DNA of 19,381 nt, taken from positions 28,343,768-28,363,148 of the forward strand of contig JANKJI020000002.1 in NCBI GenBank assembly GCA_024626585.2, written 5' to 3'. Numbering within the stretch: the first letter of the stretch is position 1; each line of letters begins with the position of its first letter. Shown here piece after piece: positions 11,649-19,381 of this stretch. This stretch comes from Ginkgo biloba. Its lineage: Eukaryota > Plantae > Ginkgophyta. A program made the translations under genes and the position numbers. The notes beneath the pieces were generated by a model. That model saw nothing but the letters and a program-made list of their open reading frames with translations, was not told the origin of the DNA and ran no database searches.

Positions 11649-11938
11649 CTGTCCAATCCACTGGTAGGCTCGTCTAGGAAGAGTAATTTGGGACGTGTGA
11701 GGATCTCGATAGCAATGCTCACTCGCCGTTTCTCTCCGCCACTTATTCCTTTGCTACGCCATCCGCCAATCCTCGTATTAACAGACTCTTGCAGACCCAT
11801 TTCTGTAATTGTCATCTCAGCCCTCTTTCTCTACTCCGCCTTGGACATGCTATCTGGCAGTTGCAGCTGAGCCGAGTAAAACACTGCTTCGCCTACTGTT
11901 AACGTTGACATCAGCGTGTCATCCTGAGTCACATAAGC
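11649..11938 (-). CDS. ABCG11-like: ABCG coding segment 4 (Q-loop, signature, Walker B) with an internal stop
   Basis: CGCAG|[97 protein letters not shown]|GTAAAA. 290 bp, phase 0 to 2. Confidence 0.92.
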
Positions 11939-11997
11939 CTGCGATTTCATCCGATTATTAGTATTTCTGCAATCCTGAGTCACATAAGCTTGCGATT
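11921..11997. repeat. 26-bp direct duplication of the intron 3/exon 4 junction
   Basis: ATCCTGAGTCACATAAGCCTGCGATT (11921-11946) versus ATCCTGAGTCACATAAGCTTGCGATT (11972-11997): 25/26 identical, with a 25-bp spacer. Confidence 0.95.
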
Positions 11998-12039
11998 ATT
12001 CCTATTTCACAGCAAACATATAAAAGTGTAATAACATAC

Positions 12040-12119
12040 CGAAGTACCATATGACAGGCGCTGCCTTCGGCCATTTACTAAAATATCCCCAGTTTGTCTT
12101 GTACTCGTAGCCAATCTCC
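12040..12119 (-). CDS. ABCG11-like: ABCG coding segment 3
   Basis: TGCAG|GG, then RLATSTRQTGDILVNGRRQRLSYGTS, then |GTATGT. 80 bp, phase 1 to 0. Confidence 0.92.
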
Positions 12120-12282
12120 CTGCACAGAGCACACCAGGTTTCGGTTTCAGATCGCGCTTCGCTCAACTCAGAGAAAAAAACAGTTTATAATTCGTAAGCT
12201 AACGGTTACAGTAATCATAATAGAAATACAAAAAATAACAAATGAATAAGATTAGCGAACTGGATGATGAGTGAACGTATAC

Positions 12283-12433
12283 CTGCGAGAGTATCAAGAA
12301 GGGTGGACTTCCCAGAGCCGGAAGGACCCATTATTGCCACCACTCTTCCGGGCTGTGCGTAGCCCGTCAATCTCTGAAGAAGTGTTTTATTTCCTCCCTT
12401 TTGATTTGAAACAATAACCCATAAATCTGACCA
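12283..12433 (-). CDS. ABCG11-like: ABCG coding segment 2 (Walker A)
   Basis: [51 protein letters not shown]; donor G|GTATAC at 12283/12282, phase 1. The 5' end is 12433 by homology, or 12426 if TCAG|AT is used as acceptor. Confidence 0.9.
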
Positions 12434-13137
12434 CAAGTGAGGAAACGATGAGGATGGGATAAATATTATTGGATATCAATGAATTGTGTGAGTTTTAAAC
12501 ATGGAGGGTGAATTAGACTAGGAATGAATGAATGAATGTATTTTTCAAGATTTAAGTTGTAGAGTAATATAGAACCCAAAAGAAAAATAAAGGATATAAT
12601 CAATGTGTGTATATGATGAACAAATTTTGTCATTGTTGGGGGTGGTCCTAATCTTACGACTTCCTAAGAATTAAATGCATCAATAATTAATAAATTTTAT
12701 TGCTTAAAGAAATTTAGAGGAATTTTCTATAGTAATATGTTCTAATCCTATCATCACTTCACAATAAATACTACATTCTCTAATAATTATTTTTATCAAT
12801 AATCTCTATGAAATTTAAACTTCAAAAATCTAAAATAAAATGAACCATCACCAAATAAGCTAAAATATAGAAGTAAATTAGAAGACAATTACCTATTTTA
12901 TTGATTTAGAATAAGAAATCCATGCATACACAAAAACATAAGTAAAATTTAGAGTTAAATTTAATTATAAGTAGAAAGATCAAAGTTGANNNNNNNNNNN
13001 NNNNNNNNNNNNNNNNNNNNNNNNNNNNNNNNNNNNNNNNNNNNNNNNNNNNNNNNNNNNNNNNNNNNNNNNNNNNNNNNNNNNNNNNNCCAATTTCTCT
13101 ATGTATTTCAGAAGGATTGCTTTCAACGATATTTTCT

Positions 13138-13428
13138 CTATTGACGGTTTGAAACATTCTTATGCAGCACTGTAGGTTCCGTTCCCGCATCATGAATTTG
13201 CGGATTGGGAATAGATTGGTTCATTATGGATGAACCTGAAGGGTACATTTGTTTAGAGGAGAAATACTCTTGTGGATGAGAGATTTCCTTGGCGGATTCC
13301 CAATTGGTAATATGGGCTTCATTATAAGAAGTGACCATATGCTCAAGACTCAAATCATCTCTGGTAATTGGACGTCCGTCGTGGGATTTCTTCGGACTGG
13401 GTGTCCATCGGGGAATCTCTGAGGCCAT
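13138..13428 (-). CDS. ABCG11-like: ABCG coding segment 1 (N-terminal extension MASEIPRWTPSP...); 3' boundary uncertain
   Basis: ATG at 13428, downstream of a TATA box. The MASxxPRWTPSP start resembles N-termini I recall for this ABCG subgroup (not verified). The frame ends in TAG at 13138-13140; a possible phase-1 donor CAG|GTTCAT lies at 13236/13235. Confidence 0.6.
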   Translation of the reverse strand: MASEIPRWTPSPKKSHDGRPITRDDLSLEHMVTSYNEAHITNWESAKEISHPQEYFSSKQMYPSGSSIMNQSIPNPQIHDAGTEPTVLHKNVSNRQ

Positions 13429-13571
13429 ACTAATTCAACCCAACTTAATAATTAGAACAATACCAAGACGCAACCATAACAGAGCTTCAGAACTTACAGA
13501 AGAGGCGAGGGATATCGGACTAGAGACCTACGAGGTTACCCATGCAGTGAAATAATACGGATATATCCTTC

Positions 13572-13581
13572 TTATATATAA
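13572..13581 (-). promoter_or_regulatory. Putative TATA box of the ABCG gene
   Basis: TTATATATAA lies about 145 bp upstream of ATG 13428. Confidence 0.55.
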
Positions 13582-13736
13582 CATTTTCCTCATAGCGTAT
13601 CTACACAAAACTAACCAAAGACTTAAGTCAATTCGCAATGCCATAGACAACAAAGACATTCGCATCAACAATAGATTGAAAAGGACACGCACAAATTAAC
13701 GACATAGACCCGCTCTGGGGAATGCTGGACTTTAAT

Positions 13737-13878
13737 CGTGAGCCTGACGTATCTCCAAGGTGATTGTATACGTGAGCCTCGCAGGTGATTGTATACGTCA
13801 GGGCGTGGAAGATTCGGTTAATTGGCAAACAAACAAAACCAAAACAAAGGAGCAGAGAAGTAGGTTCTCGACACGTGT
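13737..13878. promoter_or_regulatory. Cluster of ACGT-core elements (TGACG-type and G-box) in the proximal promoter
   Basis: TGACGT at 13745-13750, TACGTG at 13769-13774, TACGTCA at 13794-13800, palindromic ACACGTGT at 13871-13878. A 16-bp direct repeat AGGTGATTGTATACGT starts at 13758 and 13783. Function is inferred from motifs only. Confidence 0.45.
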
Positions 13879-14116
13879 TTAAAATGATTTGTCGTATGTC
13901 ATCTCTTCATTATTGTTTGTTTGTGTTCATCTCTTCAGAGGACACACCGTGGTTTGCCTTCCACTCCACAAAGCCGTCCGCACTAACTTTGTCACAAAGA
14001 CGCTGCAACCTAATGCCATCCAGAAAGTAACAGCTCAATGCAGTGTAAAAGGCATCGTGAATTTCGACGATTAGGCAAGACTTTTATGTTTAAAGTCTTT
14101 CTCAACGACGACTTCG

Positions 14117-14276
14117 CATTTCCAATTTCATTATGATATAGTGAAAGATTTCACGGAGGAATCGACCTTCATTTTCAATTTCATTATGATATAGTGAAAG
14201 ATCGGCATAGTGTATACAACAACTTCCCCGCCACGGCCAGAGGAATCGACCTCCATTTCCAATTTCATTATCATAT
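14117..14276. repeat. Three diverged direct repeats of about 33-47 bp with an internal hairpin
   Basis: (GAGGAATCGACCTY)CATTTYCAATTTCATTATSATAT at about 14117, 14156 and 14240. CATT anchors at 14117, 14170 and 14254. Confidence 0.85.
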
Positions 14277-17200
14277 GATGAATTTTTCAAAAATGGGCAC
14301 ACTGTANNNNNNNNNNNNNNNNNNNNNNNNNNNNNNNNNNNNNNNNNNNNNNNNNNNNNNNNNNNNNNNNNNNNNNNNNNNNNNNNNNNNNNNNNNNNNN
14401 NNNNNNCCTCACTATATTAGAAACACTTGTTCTTCTATCTATTATGCATGGTATTCTCCTCTTCTCTTTGGATCCTTCTATTTAGTTTAGTCCTGAATGT
14501 TATCCTTGGTGTTGGATTTAGCTGTCTTCTTAAGTTGTTCACCTTTTCTTATATGTGAATTACTAGAGAGTATGCTCGTTCTAGGTTTTTTGGTTTTTAC
14601 ATTAATAGATCGATGCTAAGATCCCTTCATAGATTATGTATGTAAAAGTCTAGTTCCTCTTTCTTTGNNNNNNNNNNAATGTGCATTTTGATTCTAGGGC
14701 CTAGAATTTATTTGTGTAGTCTTCCATCATCATTTCCTTTTTCTTTATATTGGCTAGTTATACATTGAAGGGTATTGGGTTAGGTCCTTCAGTTCTCTTC
14801 AAAAATTATTATGTAAAGTTCTCAAGGGTGGTTACCCCTTCCCTGCATTCCCTTTCTTCCCATCTTCCTACCCATGTGTGGGATGATCCTTATAGGTGTT
14901 GTATGGCTATGCCTATATTTTTCACCTCATCGCGAGTTCTTATATACCTTAGGGATCCTTTTATTTTATGGACCCATTCATGCGGATGTACTATTTTATC
15001 AAATAAAAATATTAGGATGCGAGCATATAGATTATGGGTTACCTTTCCCCATATTTTATTGTCTTCTTCCTCGTCCTAGTTGGGTTTAGGTCTGACCTTT
15101 TTTGGTTTTCTTTCTTTCATTTCTTTTGTATCCATGATAGGTTCTTTTCCTTTTGATTAATGTTGGATCATGGATTTCAATTCTTCTATTTAGTCGTGGT
15201 GTAATTTTATATATAATGAGTTGACTAAGTTATTCAAATCCTAAATGGATCTATTAATACCATGTATACTATTATCTAAATTGTTAACTCATTTAATTAG
15301 GTCCTCTACTTTATCTTTTATTTTTCATTGTCTTGTCTTTATCATTTTGTTTGATGTGGCCTTTTGTTGCTTAGGTGCTAGGATTAACTATTGCTTTAAT
15401 ACCACTTGTTATGTAAAAAACCTACATAATAACCCAACAATACTCCTTCCACAATAATATTAGATGAATATACTATTCTAACCAATATAAGTATCTTAAG
15501 AACATATGATATTAATGTGAGAGTAAGATTCCACACAAAAAAATAATAATAATCAAGATTACAACTCACCACAAGAATATATAACCAACGTTCTACTATC
15601 ACACAATGAGGAGAAGATGCACATTGCAAAAAGGTATATTGTTTCATATGACAAATTTATAAAAAAAACTAATTTTTGAAGATTTGGTATTTTTGAATCT
15701 ATATCCTACACTCTAAAAGCGACCTCAAGGCCCTTCCATTATTCCACAATATTCCTCTAAGCACTTTAGCCTCCCATGAGTAGATCACATTCCCTACTAT
15801 GGTGTGTTTCATTTTATAGCATCTCCTATGAGTTCAACACCTCAAGGTTTGCTACAATGCATCAATAAATCAAGTACCTCTTACAATAATAGTTGTAATT
15901 CGATCCTTGGACATCACTTACAATATTAATTTTTTGTGATCTCTCCTTACGCAACACTAACTCACTACTGTAGTTTCCATGTTCCACACCCAACAATGTA
16001 TCGATTCTAGTTCTATGTTGTAAAGGCAACCTCCAGTGGGCTAATAATAATGGCATCCTCCACACGAGGCCCACCAATAACCCTACAACATGACCTCTTG
16101 TGGGATATCCTCTATATCTCCAATGACCATCAAATAATATTTCACCTGCACCATAGATGCTCCATGATGGCCCTTAGTACCAGTAGTCTTATTTTTTACC
16201 CAAGGATTTACCTTCAAAGTGTATCCTACTTGCTTCCTCTAGCANNNNNNNNNNNNNNNNNNNNNNNNNNNNNNNNNNTACTATTTACTCATGTGGTCTC
16301 CAACAGTGAACTTCTTGCTTACACACATTCAACATTTACTAACACAACAACCAACAACCATAAACTAAGTTTACAAACACTAGACTACTAACACACCATG
16401 AACCAATCTCCATGTATACACGTTCAAGAATTCTATAAACTAAGAATTGTTCATATATCATAAACTCTTCACATTAGACAATAAATGAATAATAAAGCCT
16501 AAAAATAAAANNNNNNNNNNNNNNNNNNNNNNNNNNNNNNNNNNNNNNNNNNNNNNNNNNNNNNNNNNNNNNNNNNNNNNNNNNNNNNNNNNNNNNNNNN
16601 NNNNNNNNNNAAAATAAGAGGAATGGAAATGTTTGAATAATCATGGGTTCTCCACTTGGATTTTTTATTTTTTTATTAAAATTTTTGCTTGATTGTTTGA
16701 CCATAATTTAGAAAGTACTAAGAGGTTTTAAATTAAAAAAAGTACTTAATATTACAATTGTATATTTTTTACAATCGTGTAAATTTGATTGGATTAACTT
16801 CTTTGAATTCCATTAATGGATTAAAACAATACATATTATGAACAATGAGGAAATAAATATTCTTTGATTTTAGTCATCCAAAGTTTATATTGCTAATCTT
16901 TTGATATAATATTTTAGCAAATCATAAAAGCAATGAACTATTCTTAATGCATTTTCTAAGACCGATTAAATCATTTTTTTAATTATTTTCATATAAATAA
17001 TAACTCACTTTTTTGACCACCCTCTTTCAAATTTTATGTAGTCTCTAGAGATATTTGGATTGTACCCTTGAGCCTTCTCCTTAGTTCCTATGATGATTTT
17101 TTGTTAGATTAATATGTTTCTCTTTGTATAGTTATTTTAATATAGTTGTCTATAATAATTATAGAAGTACCTTAAGTTTGGCCATGTTATTATATCATGT

Positions 17201-17700
17201 GATGTGTTAATAAAGGAAAGAAACCATAGATCCATCATTTATTACATTATGGTTAAAACATGCTTAATCATATTGTCATGTCAATAAGTATTTTCCTTAA
17301 TCACCAACATCTCAAAATAACTAAATAGTTTTACCTTTTACATATTAGTAAATACAAATTTATTATAAATTAGTATTTATTTGAGTAGATATGTATTCAT
17401 CTCAAAGTAAACCAATATTTTTAATGTAATGAAATTTATAGGCTTTGATATATATTTACTTAAATTCAATTACAATTTCATAAAATAACATTTAATTGAC
17501 TTNNNNNNNNNNAATCACACACTTATACTTCTAAAAGAACACTCAATGTACCTACACTAATGTTAGAAACACAAAATTGATACACCCATCAAAGGCACTT
17601 ATCTCAATGTTTTAGAAAAAGAATTTGATCTTAGAAGCACTTATAAAATATTTATGCATCTTTTGAAGTTATTGGTTAGTTAATCATATAAAATAAACCT

Positions 17701-19381
17701 TGTTGGATGAGGAAATTGATTCATATAAAAAAGGATCCATACTGACACTAACAGGAGTTGGTTCATCGATAAGCATCATGGAGAGTTTGGCCGACATTGA
17801 CAAAGATCATATATCTAATGGAGGATGGAACCTCATGAGTCTACATTAACATGAGTCATCCCTATAGTGAAGGTCAGGGTATACCTCACTAACTCTTCAC
17901 TAACATCATCAAAGAAGTTTGACATCAAATCATCGATCTCTAAATGAAGATGATCACCGACATCGATGAGCGAGTCTGACATAAGTCACTAATATGACAT
18001 GTGAACTATAAATTCCTCAATGGTTATCTAATCATCTACACTCTGTTCTAATATCATATGTAGAATAGGATGAAGTAGTATAAATATTAAAGATATGATA
18101 ATGTAATGGATGTATGTACTCATATCTTGTACACTTTGAATTAGTAATATAAGGATTGGATGGTTTTCCATGGATATGTATATAGTTTATTATGTATGTG
18201 AATGTGATATGAATTCATATAATCTATGATGTGAGTANNNNNNNNNNNNNNNNNNNNNNNNNNNNNNNNNNNNNNNNNNNNNNNNNNNNNNNNNNNNNNN
18301 NNNNNNNNNNNNNNNNNNNNNNNNNNNNNNNNNNNNNTAAATTATTTTTGGAGCTTGACATAACAAAGATCAAGTGTTTAGGATTTAAGAAGAATTATTA
18401 GAAGTTTCCATACATCAAAACATGGGGACATTTTAAGGATGAGTATCACCAATAAACAATCTAGACACTTCAAGAAATCTTGATCTCCCCACTGCCAAAA
18501 TCGACATCCCTTTTAGGAGAGTCATCATTGAAGAAGACTCTAAAGAAGAAGAAGGAGAAGGAGAAAAATAAGAAGAATACTCCATTGATAAGTGAAGAGG
18601 AAGAAGAAGACAAAGGAAAAGAATTAAAGCATAAGATGAAGAGTCATAAGGAAGAAGGGAGAAGTGAAGAGAAGTAGATAGAGCCCCCTCAATAACCTCC
18701 ATTAATCATTGATTTAGATAAAGAATGAGAGATACCAAAGACTCAAGAGGAGGAAGAGAACCTATAAGAAAAAGTAGGTCCATAAGATGAATAGAAATAA
18801 AAATAATAATAGGAACAATAGTAGTAAAAACAATAGAAACCACAATAACAACAACAACAATAACAAGATCCAAAATAGACTCTGACATAGATGGGCCAAG
18901 GAATAATAGTAGGAGTTGACATGACATTAATAATATATGTTTAATAAGATAAATAGAATGAGTTAATTCAATAATAATAATAACCTTCAAGCACCAACCT
19001 ACTCTAACAAACAATTGTTCATACAAGTCTATGGAAGGGAGTGACAGAAAGAAAAGTAGTCTAGCCCAATGAAAGAAAAGGAATAACACAAGCAGAGACA
19101 CATCACTCCACTAAAAAGAGTGATAAGAGTGGAAAGCATATCAACACTATTAGCACTCTATAATCCAACAAATAATTAACAAAGTCCAAAAAGCGCTGGA
19201 CAATAGGATGGGAGATCTTCAAATTATAGGAAATCAACAAGCCCCTAGTGATCCTCATAGCAATAGTTCAAGAGTAATTACCAAGTTTTATCACCATAGT
19301 AACCTCTAAAATACCCATAGATACATTCATATAGACTCAATAGATCATGCATGATAAAATCATGGTTAGGCTAGAACATGT
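17701..19381 (+). mobile_element. Possible decayed LTR (TGTTGG... from 17701) followed by a purine-rich degenerate internal region
   Basis: TG start, TATAAATA near 18078, possible ...TAACA end near 18365, then A/G-skewed, stop-riddled, CpG-poor sequence. No diagnostic protein motif or clear primer-binding site recognised. Confidence 0.25.
18842..18866. repeat. Imperfect (AAC)n microsatellite
   Basis: ACAATAACAACAACAACAATAACAA is directly visible. Confidence 0.7.

Larger units (their letters stand above)
10590..13428 (-). pseudogene. ABCG11-like: Half-size ABC transporter G family (WBC) gene, ABCG11-like; 5' part only, disrupted as assembled
   Basis: Walker [11 protein letters not shown]-loop YVTQDD, signature [11 protein letters not shown], Walker [15 protein letters not shown]-loop SIHQP, and clade motifs [15 protein letters not shown] and [16 protein letters not shown]. 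Introns between segments 2-8 are GT-AG with consistent phases. In-frame TAG at 11831-11833; the first-exon frame stops at 13138-13140; later transmembrane exons not seen. Confidence 0.85.

Noticed and set aside
11831-11839. Programmed readthrough or RNA editing of the TAG
   Set aside because: The context TAG AGA AAG is not the known CARYYA leaky-stop context, and known editing chemistries would not restore a Lys codon.
11637-11870. Plus-strand 77-aa ORF (also 11246-11431 and 13331-13555)
   Set aside because: Antisense shadows of the ABCG exons with no independent motif.
14117-14276. CRISPR-like repeat-spacer appearance
   Set aside because: Only three diverged copies, unequal spacing, no cas genes and a spliceosomal plant context.
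16040-16110. ML*GYWW on the minus strand, resembling an integrase zinc-finger GYWWPT motif
   Set aside because: The flanking His and Cys residues could not be recovered; a four-residue match is insufficient without an HMM search.
1041-16704. Numerous ORF-track entries containing X runs
   Set aside because: Their length is an artefact of reading through N-gaps.
18433-19101. Lys/Glu-rich ORF (18480-18677) and hydrophobic membrane-like antisense ORFs (18433-18702, 18706-19101)
   Set aside because: Explained by A/G strand skew and the (AAC)n tract. No domain or splice structure is evident and neighbouring frames are full of stops.

Overview
Eukaryotic (land-plant) nuclear DNA from a fragmented draft scaffold, AT-rich, with many N-gaps, mostly 100-N placeholders of unknown true size. 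A large-genome seed plant such as a gymnosperm is a guess only. The one host gene is a minus-strand half-size ABCG (WBC) transporter of the ABCG11/12/13/15-like clade (about 13428 to 10590). I can trace eight coding segments, with phase-consistent GT-AG introns from segment 2 to segment 8, covering Walker A, the signature motif, Walker B, the H-loop and the first transmembrane segment. As assembled it looks like a pseudogene: there is an in-frame TAG in the nucleotide-binding-domain exon (11831-11833), the 5' coding region is disrupted, and the remaining transmembrane exons are not recognisable in the 10.5 kb downstream. Its CpG-rich promoter carries a TATA box, an ACGT/TGACG repeat cassette and a hairpin repeat. 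The rest is decayed retrotransposon sequence: a Ty1/copia gag, two blocks of CRM-like Ty3/gypsy pol in permuted order (one with an integrase-core deletion), an LTR with a Met-tRNA primer-binding site, a probable LINE ORF1 relic and a compound tandem array. I found no convincing novel biological system. The most unusual local structure is a 26-bp duplication of a splice acceptor whose only mismatch is the acceptor G.
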